From an uncultured Methanosarcinales archaeon (GTDB lineage: Archaea; Nanobdellota; Nanobdellia; Woesearchaeales; JACPBV01), in the NCBI GenBank assembly GCA_964492935.1, contig CAZBLF010000006.1, positions 1-43,649 on the forward strand: a stretch of DNA of 43,649 nt, written 5' to 3'. Position 1 is the first letter of the stretch, and each line of letters starts with the position of its first letter. Below the pieces are notes generated by a model, which ran no database searches, was not told the origin of the DNA, and saw only the letters and a program-made list of their open reading frames with translations. The translations under genes were made by a program, and so were the position numbers. Positions 27,987 to 37,475 of the stretch are shown one piece after another.

Positions 27987-28242
27987 CTGATCGTTTTTCT
28001 CGTAACCAAATCAACCATACGTAGAATTCTATTCTCCCCCCTCCCCTTACAATCTGCCAGTTCTCAGTCTCCGCAAGTCTCCATCCGTCGGCGGTATACT
28101 CTCCAACCTATAGTTTACAGAACAACCATTTACCGTAACCTTTAAATACGAAACTTGAAGATACTACTGATAGAGTCCCATTTATAGAGGATTCCAGTAA
28201 AGATAGCCAATAAAACAGACGACACTAGGAGGTGTTTAGAGC

Positions 28243-30741
28243 ATGAAATTAAGAAAAGCAGTAAAGAAAATCATTGCCCTTGGTACAGGTGCAACAATGA
28301 TCGGCGCAACATTAGGCGCAGGTGCATTTGCAGCAGACCTTAGTGACTACCCAGAACCATTCGTCAAGGATGGAAAATTCTCAGGATTACTTGTCGTGGG
28401 AGACAAGGCAGCAGCAGAAGACGTTGTAGGTGTTTCAGACATTGCAATCAGTCTACAGTTCGCAGCAACCAAAAAATCCGGAGCAAGCAAATCAACCGCT
28501 TCCGTTGAAGGAGATGTTTGGAGAGTAGGTACGTCATCCAAGAAATTGGAAATGGCTGAAAACGTTGATACCATAATCGACGGAGAAAACCTAAGAAACA
28601 TCACCACCTCTATCGACGAACAGGAACTATCCGGTCTAGCCGACGGTGAAATTACCACCGAAAAAGGCAGAGCTGGCTACAACCAGTACCTGAACTTCGG
28701 AAACCTAATCAAGTCCAACACAAAGGGATCTGGTTATGTGCAGTTCTTAGAAAACGACGACGACGTAGCAGCTGACTTCTTCTATGTAAGAAGCTCAGAA
28801 GAAATCGCTAGATACTCTCTTGAGTTCAAGCAATCGCTAAAGTCCGATGTTGAAGACAGCACGGGTGCAAAAGCAACCACAGGACTCTTCCTTGGAGACC
28901 TAGAAGACGAAACCTTGACCATCATGGGCCAAGAATACACCATCGTAAAAGCACGAAGAACAAGTGCAGCAGGAAGTTCAGTTGAACTAACTTTGATGGG
29001 CGGCGCTTCAAAAGATAGCTTAGAAGAAGGAGAAACGAAAACCTACACCCTTGCAGGCGTAGACTACGAAGTAACCGTAACCGCAATCACCGACACCGGA
29101 ACGATCTATGCAAAGTTCTCCGTTAACGGAGAATCAACCAGATCACTACGAGACGGAGAAACCACCACACTATCTGATGGAACACAAATTGGTGTAACCG
29201 ATTTGATCCCTAACGAAGCTGGTGACGTAACCCCTGACCTTGTAGAGTTCTACATCGGAGCTGACAAGCTATTCTTGAAGGACACAAAAGTGTCTGACAC
29301 CGCATCCTCGAATTCAATGGAAGTTGGAAACGAAGATATCGATGACGTAAACGTTATCATCACAGGAACCGATGACAACACCACGTTCAACATCGACAGC
29401 ATTCAGCTAAACGTGACAGCAGACGACGATTACTACGTTGCAGCTGGCCACAAACTATCTGAATACATGGACGAGCCTGAAGGATTAGTAGGTTGGGACA
29501 TCATGTACTCTGGTTTAGAAGACGTTGAAACCGAAACCATCAGAATCAAGACCTCTGGTTCAGACCAGTATGATCTTGTATTCGTAGACGGTGACGGAAA
29601 CTCCGCAACCATTCCTATTGCGTACTCCGCAAGCGGAGCCAACCTGATTCAGGGAGACAGCAATGACGTTTTGGTCTTGAACGGATCACAGGCCATTGCG
29701 AAAAACGATTATTTCGTTGTTTCCGATGTGAACCAGGACGATGGAGAACGAAGAAGCTACGCTCTTCGTTACAAGGGAGCTGACAAGGTACAGTCTGGAG
29801 AAACGGCAAGCGTTAAATTCGACAACCTAGGAACAGGTAAGAGAATTGAAAAGACGTTCACCAACCAGGTTGGAGATACAGCAGACGCTGAGTTGAAACT
29901 TGGAGGAGCAACCTTCAACGTTCTTAACGCATCCGACCACACAGAAAACGACTTTAAGATTCGAGTCGACCTGGATGGAGACGGTACAACCCTAACCGAC
30001 ACCGACAACATTGCTATCAACACCGAAGCTGGTCTGAAGATTGTAGTCAACAACAACACGTTGAACGCATCTCACATCCTGGTAACATTAAGCACACCGA
30101 ACTCGAACGACTATGATAATGTTGTTCCAAATGATGTGGTTATGAACCTAACAGCAGCTTCTGGCGAAGTAGCATTTGGTGAAGCTTCAACCAGCACCAT
30201 CAACTTCGTTGCCCCTTCAGAGGAAACGAACGTTCGATACGCATACACCAGTATGGGTGCAAAGGTTAAGTGGGACAACCCAACCAACGATCCTGACCAG
30301 TTAACTATCTGGTACCCAAAGCAGCAGAGACTACCTCAGGTATTCGTTGTTGCTGAAGGCGGTTCAGTTTCATCTGGTTCTTCGGAATCAGTTGAGTCGG
30401 TAACCATCAGCAGAATCGATGTAGGTGCAACCAAATTAGCATCAGAAGTTGGCAGCGTAGGAGCACAAAACGTCATCCTTGTAGGAGGACCTTGTGCAAA
30501 CGCAGCTTCCGCTGAAGCTAAAGGTAACCCTGAAGACTGTGCAGCAGATTACGAACCTGGAAAGGCTCTAATCGAATTAGTTGACACAGGCGCAGGTAAC
30601 TGGGCACTTGTTGTAGCTGGATACTCAGCAGGCGATACAAGAACGGCAACTTCCGTTGTTGCAAACGCAGGCGACTACAACCTTCAAGGATTGAAGGCTG
30701 AAGTAACCACAGCAACCAGCACCGTAAGAGAAGTCAGCTAA
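28243..30741 (+). CDS. S-layer protein, copy 2 (identical translation)
   Basis: Same 832-aa sequence as copy 1. Confidence 0.88.
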   Translation: MKLRKAVKKIIALGTGATMIGATLGAGAFAADLSDYPEPFVKDGKFSGLLVVGDKAAAEDVVGVSDIAISLQFAATKKSGASKSTASVEGDVWRVGTSSKKLEMAENVDTIIDGENLRNITTSIDEQELSGLADGEITTEKGRAGYNQYLNFGNLIKSNTKGSGYVQFLENDDDVAADFFYVRSSEEIARYSLEFKQSLKSDVEDSTGAKATTGLFLGDLEDETLTIMGQEYTIVKARRTSAAGSSVELTLMGGASKDSLEEGETKTYTLAGVDYEVTVTAITDTGTIYAKFSVNGESTRSLRDGETTTLSDGTQIGVTDLIPNEAGDVTPDLVEFYIGADKLFLKDTKVSDTASSNSMEVGNEDIDDVNVIITGTDDNTTFNIDSIQLNVTADDDYYVAAGHKLSEYMDEPEGLVGWDIMYSGLEDVETETIRIKTSGSDQYDLVFVDGDGNSATIPIAYSASGANLIQGDSNDVLVLNGSQAIAKNDYFVVSDVNQDDGERRSYALRYKGADKVQSGETASVKFDNLGTGKRIEKTFTNQVGDTADAELKLGGATFNVLNASDHTENDFKIRVDLDGDGTTLTDTDNIAINTEAGLKIVVNNNTLNASHILVTLSTPNSNDYDNVVPNDVVMNLTAASGEVAFGEASTSTINFVAPSEETNVRYAYTSMGAKVKWDNPTNDPDQLTIWYPKQQRLPQVFVVAEGGSVSSGSSESVESVTISRIDVGATKLASEVGSVGAQNVILVGGPCANAASAEAKGNPEDCAADYEPGKALIELVDTGAGNWALVVAGYSAGDTRTATSVVANAGDYNLQGLKAEVTTATSTVREVS

Positions 30742-30751
30742 CGCTGATATC

Positions 30752-30780
30752 TTTTTTTCTTTTTTTTCTTTTATTTTTTT
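30752..30780 (+). terminator. Oligo-T terminator
   Basis: T tracts after the stop, as in copy 1. Confidence 0.75.
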
Positions 30781-30826
30781 CTGATGATTTTTCTCGTAAC
30801 CAAATCAACACTACTTGGAATTCTAC

Positions 30827-32236
30827 TCAAATACTAGCAATAACCTTCAAAACAGCAGCACTCTCATCCTCATACACTAACTCAAAATCGTCTTTATATG
30901 CCAAAATATGCTGGAATAACTGCACATCCTGCTTTATTTTGCCCACGAAAACGTAGTCGACAGCATAATCCTCGGTAATGACGTTAAAACCCGGTTTTTG
31001 GCCCTGCAAAACGCCTATATAGCGTCTAAAACGCGCCTCATCGTGCAGTTCTGCATACGTAAGATCTACTCCGTGAGTATAGCGAAACTGAGGGTTATGA
31101 TAGAACAAATAGCTGAAAGCATACCCATTATTGAAAATCCTCGCACCACCCTCAATATTCTCCCCCATCCAGTCTACACTATCGGAATACCACGGCAAAA
31201 AGTGATTTCGCGCAATCTCCTCATGTAACGCGACACCCTGAAATAGTCCCAACACCACTAACACCCCAACCGCACCATACCGAACCTTCTTTGAGAAATG
31301 CATCCGAGAAAAGATAAGCACAACAAACAACACAGAAAACGGAACAAAAAATTCATGCATTCTTCTTGTCCTAAACATCAACACCAAAAACACTCCTGTC
31401 AATACCAAGAAAAACAATGAGCGCTTATCGATACTGCCACGCCGATACGCAACAAATCCAGCAACCAACACCAATACCAACACTATCCAGTTGACAGAAA
31501 CGAATTGAAGCAAAGGCCAAGCCTTCCATTCGAGATTGTAGGCATTCCCTAACAGATTAACCTGCACCAATTGCGTCCACAACAACGAAATATTCTTAGG
31601 AAAGTAAGGATTCACCACAACACCTACCACCGTTCCAGCCAATCCCACACACAACAATCGAATATTCCGTCGATAAAAGACAAAGAACAACACAACAACA
31701 AACACCTGAAGCACAAATCCCTGATACAGCCAAGCCGACAACAAAGAAGCACCAAACAACAACCCTTTTTTCTTTTCCTCGAGCGCATACACCGTCACCA
31801 CAATCAACGTCAACAACAACGGCAACGCTCGCGACAACATCAAGCGATACATCAACTCGCCCGACACCACCATCGCCAAAGCACTCCAGAAAAATGCATA
31901 TGCAACCTTTCTCTGCAGCAAATACCAATACAATGTAACAAAAAACAAACTACCAAACAACACGGAAGCAATCTTAACGCCAGTCATCCCACCAAGAACT
32001 AGAAAAGGAACCAACAACAATCGGAAGCCAAACTGCAAATCCGCATAGCTTTCAGTAAAGATCGACTCACTTGTATACGGAAAAGAATCAATGAAGCCCT
32101 CTTTCGCAATCACGCCAGCCATCCCCGCATGCAACCACCCATCCTGACCAATCAATTCCGGAACCGAGAACTGGAAGAACGACAACACACTAGCAAAGAA
32201 TACAAATACTAACAGTAACCGCTTAACTAATCCCAC
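30827..32236 (-). CDS. Polytopic membrane protein, probable GT-C fold glycosyltransferase
   Basis: Many TM segments, an acidic loop after TM1 (GQDGWLH) and a soluble C-terminal domain. Confidence 0.6.
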   Translation of the reverse strand: MGLVKRLLLVFVFFASVLSFFQFSVPELIGQDGWLHAGMAGVIAKEGFIDSFPYTSESIFTESYADLQFGFRLLLVPFLVLGGMTGVKIASVLFGSLFFVTLYWYLLQRKVAYAFFWSALAMVVSGELMYRLMLSRALPLLLTLIVVTVYALEEKKKGLLFGASLLSAWLYQGFVLQVFVVVLFFVFYRRNIRLLCVGLAGTVVGVVVNPYFPKNISLLWTQLVQVNLLGNAYNLEWKAWPLLQFVSVNWIVLVLVLVAGFVAYRRGSIDKRSLFFLVLTGVFLVLMFRTRRMHEFFVPFSVLFVVLIFSRMHFSKKVRYGAVGVLVVLGLFQGVALHEEIARNHFLPWYSDSVDWMGENIEGGARIFNNGYAFSYLFYHNPQFRYTHGVDLTYAELHDEARFRRYIGVLQGQKPGFNVITEDYAVDYVFVGKIKQDVQLFQHILAYKDDFELVYEDESAAVLKVIASI

Positions 32237-32315
32237 AACCCCAATAAGCGTATGCGTTATTTAAGTATTGTGTACCACCCAAAACCTTTTAAACTAAAAT
32301 CCACTCTCCAGAAAG

Positions 32316-32771
32316 ATGCAATTCCTAACAGATCATCCGGTTCTAACCGAACTAGAGGACGAACATCCAGCCGAAGCGATTCTAGAAGCTGTCCAAGACT
32401 ATGCATCCACGCTAGATCGAAGTCCTTTTCAAGATTCCTTTCTCCAAAACGCTGATTTAGAGAGAGCATTACTAACTCCCCTCATAGCGCATATGGCTCG
32501 AGGTTGGGGAGCACTACCGCTTACTAGCGAGCACACTGGCGGAGAGATAGCAATTGCAAGAATGGCAGCCGAACAGGGTCTCCTGACCATTCTTGAACAC
32601 CAAGGCATGGAATATATTACTCTCAGTCCAGAAGGAGCCCAACAAATGCGTGATGCAAGAAAAAATTTTCAAATAAGAGAACAAGAAAATAATCCCTTAA
32701 TACGTGGAGCAAAAACTCCTTTACAATACCGAGCAGCAGAAGGCTACTCCAGAAAGACCGTTCAGCAGTAG
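32316..32771 (+). CDS. Hypothetical protein
   Basis: 151-aa ORF with TTTAAA about 25 nt upstream. Confidence 0.6.
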   Translation: MQFLTDHPVLTELEDEHPAEAILEAVQDYASTLDRSPFQDSFLQNADLERALLTPLIAHMARGWGALPLTSEHTGGEIAIARMAAEQGLLTILEHQGMEYITLSPEGAQQMRDARKNFQIREQENNPLIRGAKTPLQYRAAEGYSRKTVQQ

Positions 32772-32833
32772 CACAACTCTCACCACCTAAATCTTTAAAA
32801 AGTTCCCACACCTACCTTTTCTTCGGGGGAAAC

Positions 32834-33499
32834 ATGGAAGCACAACAAGATGAAATCACGATCACCTACGGCTCTTTATTAGATTTACTCCTAAGAGAAA
32901 AAGACCGAGGAGAACTCCAAAAACTAGACGAGCGCTTCTACAAAAACGTCGTACAATATCTCAAAGACAAGAATGCAGTAGTCAATGCTCCACAGGACGA
33001 CGTCTTTTCAGCCGAAGAAAAAGAAAAAACAATTAGCCAATTAGTAAACATCAAAAAAATCATCAAAGAACTCTACGAAAGACGAGAAAAAAAGATTACC
33101 ATCCTCGCGATGGAGAAAAGCAGAAACAAAGACAATATTATTGATGAATCGCTCTTCCTACAAGAAGAAAAACAATTCTTCGATCGCATCGTCCAACTCC
33201 TCAATGATTACCGACAAGGGATCCTGCAGAATATCCTCAATGTCGAGCCACCCACAATTAACCATTCAGCAACCCCCAACAATACTCCGACTCCAGCCAC
33301 ACCCACTCAACCAGAACCCACTCCCGAAAAGCCCAAGGAAACAAAACTAGTACGCTTTCTCAATGCCGTTCCTAAATTTGTGGGCAAAGAACTAGAGGAA
33401 TACGGACCGTTCGACGAGGAAGACATCGCATCTCTACCGATTGAAATTGCAGACGTTCTCCTAAGAAAGACGCGTGTCGAAGAAATTAAGGAAGAGTAG
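32834..33499 (+). CDS. DNA replication complex GINS protein (Gins15-like)
   Basis: LQKLDERFY, LYERREKKI, C-terminal B-domain VRFLNAVPKFVG...YGPF; canonical position upstream of rpl44e. Confidence 0.88.
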   Translation: MEAQQDEITITYGSLLDLLLREKDRGELQKLDERFYKNVVQYLKDKNAVVNAPQDDVFSAEEKEKTISQLVNIKKIIKELYERREKKITILAMEKSRNKDNIIDESLFLQEEKQFFDRIVQLLNDYRQGILQNILNVEPPTINHSATPNNTPTPATPTQPEPTPEKPKETKLVRFLNAVPKFVGKELEEYGPFDEEDIASLPIEIADVLLRKTRVEEIKEE

Positions 33500-33648
33500 G
33501 GTTAGCGTCATCAAGTCGAAATACATAAGATACACATGCAAGTTGACAAGGGGCGCTGTTGCGAGAAGCTCGCTTCTTGCTCGCTCCAAGATCACCGGGG
33601 AATGTCAACCAGGATAAAACGGAGCGAAATTTCGAAGGCGCTACACCC
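33499..33648 (+). ncRNA. Candidate structured RNA of unknown family
   Basis: Six nested helices with three G-U pairs favouring the + strand. Confidence 0.5.
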
Positions 33649-33695
33649 GTAAACGAAGAGTAAGATTTATAAAGCAACTCCTTATTCCAAAGCTT

Positions 33696-34004
33696 ATGAA
33701 AATGCCTAAGGTAGTAAACAGATACAATCCTAAGCTGCGCAAGCATACGCCTCACAAGATCGTTATTGTGAAGAGGAAAAGTCCATCTAGCCTTAGCTAT
33801 GGAAGCAAGAATCGAGCTCGAAGACGAGGAGTAGCACGAGGAATGGGCAACCGAGGACGTTATTCTAAACCCGCAGTCACCAAGTTCAAGATGACCGGTA
33901 AAAAGGCAACCAAGAAAGTAGACATGCGATACGAATGCACCGAAACCAAGAAACAACACGTGCGCAACAACACCTTTAGAGCAAAGAAACTAGAACTTAT
34001 ATAA
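33696..34004 (+). CDS. rpl44e: 50S ribosomal protein L44e (eL42)
   Basis: MKMPKVVNRYNPKLRKHTPHK...KKATKKVDMRYECTE...RAKKLEL. Confidence 0.93.
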   Translation: MKMPKVVNRYNPKLRKHTPHKIVIVKRKSPSSLSYGSKNRARRRGVARGMGNRGRYSKPAVTKFKMTGKKATKKVDMRYECTETKKQHVRNNTFRAKKLELI

Positions 34005-35370
34005 TTTCTTGAGTACAACGATACAACACAAATTGACCTTCTACTCTATCTTCATAGAACGTCATCACACTACAAGCAGTTTCTAAATAATCAACAACCC
34101 TCCTCTGATTCCCAATACTCTGCCCCGGTCTCGCAACCACAATCACATCTTGTTCAGCCGATAGAGCATCCAAAACAACATCTACATCCACAACGCCCGC
34201 CGTGAACGTCATCCCATTCGTATCCACAATATTTCCAACTAATGATCGACCAGTCATCAAACCCAATAACGGAGCCGTAGACACATCCCCAAACAACAGA
34301 GTACCAACTGCAGAATGCTCATCGATGTACGTGGCCATTTCCTGTGCAGCCGCAAACTCACCCAAAATGATATTCTCCACAAAAATAACATTACCCAGAG
34401 TAAACCATCCAGCAACCACTAAGAACACCACACAAGCATACCGAAACATATTCTTATTCCTCAGCAGCTGCATCACAATACTGCCCGTTAGCAAAGACAC
34501 AAAGTAAAACAAAGGAATAAAATAATATTCGAACACCCTTTTAGAAAGCACCAAGAACACAACATAAGCAAGCACGATAAACAACGGCAATTGAAAGTTC
34601 TTACGCCGTTTCAGCAACGGCAATAATACTAGGGGCAACAACACCATCCAATTCTCACTCAGAATATTCATGAACACCGAAAAAGTACTCGTACCCTCAG
34701 CAACCTTCAAGAAATGATACGCAATAACGGGTGTGTAATAGGATGATCCAAACACCAACAGCAAAACGATATTCGGCAGCACAAACGTGCCAGCAAATCC
34801 CAAACAAAAGCGAACAAACGCGTCTCGTTTCTTAACAAGCAACAACACACCAATCACCAATGCAGGAATAATCGCATAAAACCGCACCATCCCAGCAATG
34901 CCAAACACCAACCCTGCAAAAAGCATCTGTTTCCGCACATACAACAAATAGAATCCTAGAGCAACGAAAAACAATGCCAGGTTAACACCAAAATTAAACG
35001 TACTTTTAGACAACACCTCAAACGAAAAGAGAAAGAATGCAACACTTACTATTCCCGATTGCCACCCAAACTTTTCTCGAGCCGTCAAATAGAGTAACAC
35101 CCCACTACCTATCGTAGCAAGCAACGGCACCATCTTCAAAGCAACGATCGAAAACCCGAACAGGGAGAACATAAGACTCAAAAAATACACCTGTAGTGGC
35201 GGCTGCGACACGAAAAAGTCCTGATACGGAACCGCACCATCAGCAACTAAGGAAGCCATATAGTGATACGTCTGCTCATCTCCTGGATACAACTGCGACA
35301 CCCCCTTAAGCTGCACCAGGGCAAACAACACCAGAATAAAAATCAGAATCATCAACGGCAATTTCTTCAT
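33997..35370 (-). CDS. ArnT/PMT-like (GT-C) membrane glycosyltransferase
   Basis: GDE motif after TM1, VPYQDFFVSQPPL, many TM segments. Confidence 0.8.
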   Translation of the reverse strand: MKKLPLMILIFILVLFALVQLKGVSQLYPGDEQTYHYMASLVADGAVPYQDFFVSQPPLQVYFLSLMFSLFGFSIVALKMVPLLATIGSGVLLYLTAREKFGWQSGIVSVAFFLFSFEVLSKSTFNFGVNLALFFVALGFYLLYVRKQMLFAGLVFGIAGMVRFYAIIPALVIGVLLLVKKRDAFVRFCLGFAGTFVLPNIVLLLVFGSSYYTPVIAYHFLKVAEGTSTFSVFMNILSENWMVLLPLVLLPLLKRRKNFQLPLFIVLAYVVFLVLSKRVFEYYFIPLFYFVSLLTGSIVMQLLRNKNMFRYACVVFLVVAGWFTLGNVIFVENIILGEFAAAQEMATYIDEHSAVGTLLFGDVSTAPLLGLMTGRSLVGNIVDTNGMTFTAGVVDVDVVLDALSAEQDVIVVARPGQSIGNQRRVVDYLETACSVMTFYEDRVEGQFVLYRCTQEII

Positions 35371-35466
35371 ATCTGCAAGAACAGATAACAACTTTTTAAG
35401 TTTTGTGCCTCTCCTATCAAAAAGAAAGATATTTAAAAGCCCCAACATTCTTTCGACTGTAATCAA

Positions 35467-35652
35467 ATGAATAAAACAAAAGAACCCGCAAGTAAATTTA
35501 TCAAGATTCGATGCCCTAAGTGCAAGAACGAACAGGTGACGTTTGGTAAAGTAAGTACCTCCGTTGAATGTTTAGTGTGCAATGCAAAGCTTGCCGAACC
35601 GACTGGTGGCAAGACCCATGCAAAGGCAAGAATCCTGGAAGTTTTAGAATAA
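35467..35652 (+). CDS. rps27e: 30S ribosomal protein S27e
   Basis: SKFIKIRCPKCKNEQVTF...CLVC...PTGGK. Confidence 0.97.
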   Translation: MNKTKEPASKFIKIRCPKCKNEQVTFGKVSTSVECLVCNAKLAEPTGGKTHAKARILEVLE

Positions 35653-35656
35653 TCAA

Positions 35657-36430
35657 ATGGCGTTGCAGAAGAAAGGCTACCCTGAAGACGACGAATTAGT
35701 ACTCTGTATAGTTACCAAAATATTCCATCACGGTGTATTCGCAAGACTCGAAGAATACGGCAGTTCTGGCATGATTCACATTTCCGAAATTAGTCCTGGA
35801 CGTATCAGAAATATCCGAGATTACGTAAAAGAAGGCAAAAAGATTGTCTGCAAAGTTCTAAAAATCAATAAGGAAAAGGGCCAAATTGACCTTAGCCTGA
35901 GACGAGTAAATGAAGGCCAAAAACGAGAGAAGATCAACGAGGTAAAGCAAGAGCAGAGAGCAGAGAAAATCATCGAATTCGCTGCTAAAACCGCTAAGTT
36001 GAAGCCAGAAATCGTTAAGAAGAGTGTCCACGAGAAAGTTTCTAAGAAATATCTCCTTATTCACGAATGTTTCGAAGATGTAGTAAAAGGCACAGTCGAC
36101 CTAGAAAAGCTGGGCATCGAAAAAGCATTCGCAAAAATCCTGACCCAAGCGGTACAGGAGCGTATGAAACCTGCACAAATCACCGTAATTAATTCTTGCA
36201 CCGTTAAAACCTATGATCCTGAGGGAGTAAAAAAAGTCCGAGAAGCACTCCAAATAGGGCTTAAAAAGGACGTTGTCACCATTCTCTATGCAGGAGGCGG
36301 TCGCTATACCGTGACAGCGCAAGCTGAAGATTACAAGGAAGCTGAAAAGCTGATGGAGGGCTATGTGAAGACCACAACCGACGCCTTTGACGCTTTCGGT
36401 TCTGTAGAATTCGCACGCGCCGAGAAATGA
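35657..36430 (+). CDS. eif2a: Translation initiation factor aIF2 alpha subunit
   Basis: S1 domain [20 protein letters not shown]...IDLSLRRV. Confidence 0.96.
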   Translation: MALQKKGYPEDDELVLCIVTKIFHHGVFARLEEYGSSGMIHISEISPGRIRNIRDYVKEGKKIVCKVLKINKEKGQIDLSLRRVNEGQKREKINEVKQEQRAEKIIEFAAKTAKLKPEIVKKSVHEKVSKKYLLIHECFEDVVKGTVDLEKLGIEKAFAKILTQAVQERMKPAQITVINSCTVKTYDPEGVKKVREALQIGLKKDVVTILYAGGGRYTVTAQAEDYKEAEKLMEGYVKTTTDAFDAFGSVEFARAEK

Positions 36431-36603
36431 AGCCCTTCAAAAAATGCACAAAATGCAATTCCTACACACTCAAGGACATCTGTCCGAAGTGTAATGCAAA
36501 AACCGATAACCCACTCCCTGCAAAATACAGTCCTGATGACAAGTACGGTTCGTATCGTCGCACAGCAAAAGCACAATTACGCAATCAAGAAGGAAAACCC
36601 TAA
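36427..36603 (+). CDS. nop10: H/ACA RNP protein Nop10 (not in the ORF track)
   Basis: [22 protein letters not shown]...[15 protein letters not shown]; overlaps both neighbouring genes. Confidence 0.93.
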   Translation: MKPFKKCTKCNSYTLKDICPKCNAKTDNPLPAKYSPDDKYGSYRRTAKAQLRNQEGKP

Positions 36604-37385
36604 TGGAAGAATGGATGATTGAAGAAATTACACCCTTGCCCACACTCAGCAATCCCGTTTTTATTGAAGGTCTACCTGGAATCGGCAACGTCGGAAAGGT
36701 AGCCGTCGACTTTATGATTGACGAATTGAAGGCAAAAAAAGTAATGGAAATCACCTCTCACAATTTTCCGAATGCTGTCTTCGTAAATGAAGAAAATCTC
36801 GTAGACTTACCCAAAATAGAAATCTATCACAAGAAAATCAAAGACCACGATCTTCTCTTCCTCGCAGGCGATGTGCAACCCATCGATGAACACAGCTCCT
36901 ACACCTTCTCCGAGAAAATATTGGACATTTCTCAAAAACACGAGATCAAGCGCATCATCACTCTAGGCGGTATCGGCCTAGCCCATATTCCCAAAGAACC
37001 CAAAATCTATTGTACAGGAAACGATAAGGATATGATCGAAGCCTACAAGCAAGAAGGATTATCTGAAGAATTGTATGGTGTTGTAGGTCCTATTGTCGGA
37101 GTGACAGGATTATTGCTAGGATTGGCCGCAAAAAAAGAAATCAAAGCCATCGCATTACTAGCAGAAACCTACGGCAACCCCATGTATCTCGGAGTGAAAG
37201 CCTCAAAGAAAATAATCTCCCTACTCAACAAAAAATTACAATTAAATATCGATCCCGATAAACTAGAGAAAGAAATCAAACAAATAGAATCAGAAGTTCT
37301 CAGAAGATCGGACGAGTTCAAGAAAGTTTCCGAGATTGGTATGGGCCCATCCAAGGACGGCGCCGAAGTAACGTATATAGGCTAA
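36603..37385 (+). CDS. PAC2 family (proteasome assembly chaperone-like) protein
   Basis: IEGLPGIGNVGKVA, GDVQP, ITLGG, C-terminal YIG (HbYX-like). Confidence 0.92.
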   Translation: MEEWMIEEITPLPTLSNPVFIEGLPGIGNVGKVAVDFMIDELKAKKVMEITSHNFPNAVFVNEENLVDLPKIEIYHKKIKDHDLLFLAGDVQPIDEHSSYTFSEKILDISQKHEIKRIITLGGIGLAHIPKEPKIYCTGNDKDMIEAYKQEGLSEELYGVVGPIVGVTGLLLGLAAKKEIKAIALLAETYGNPMYLGVKASKKIISLLNKKLQLNIDPDKLEKEIKQIESEVLRRSDEFKKVSEIGMGPSKDGAEVTYIG

Positions 37386-37475
37386 CTCAGAATGATTAGT
37401 CTGAGGGATTGAAAATTTCTGGGAAATTTTGAATAAATCACAACCTATTTATAGCATACATTCTACAGTACCTAT

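Larger units (their letters stand above)
25302..30809 (+). repeat. Tandem duplication, period 2794 bp (25302-28015 and 28096-30809)
   Basis: Promoter, UTR and CDS appear identical; a few substitutions in the terminator flank. Confidence 0.95.

Noticed and set aside
33499..33648. RNase P RNA, SRP RNA, 5S rRNA or permuted tRNA identity for the structured element
   Set aside because: No GAGGAAAGUCC-type RNase P motif, no intact SRP helix 8, no 5S motifs, and no D or T arms around the GGAGCGA/TCGCTCC stem.
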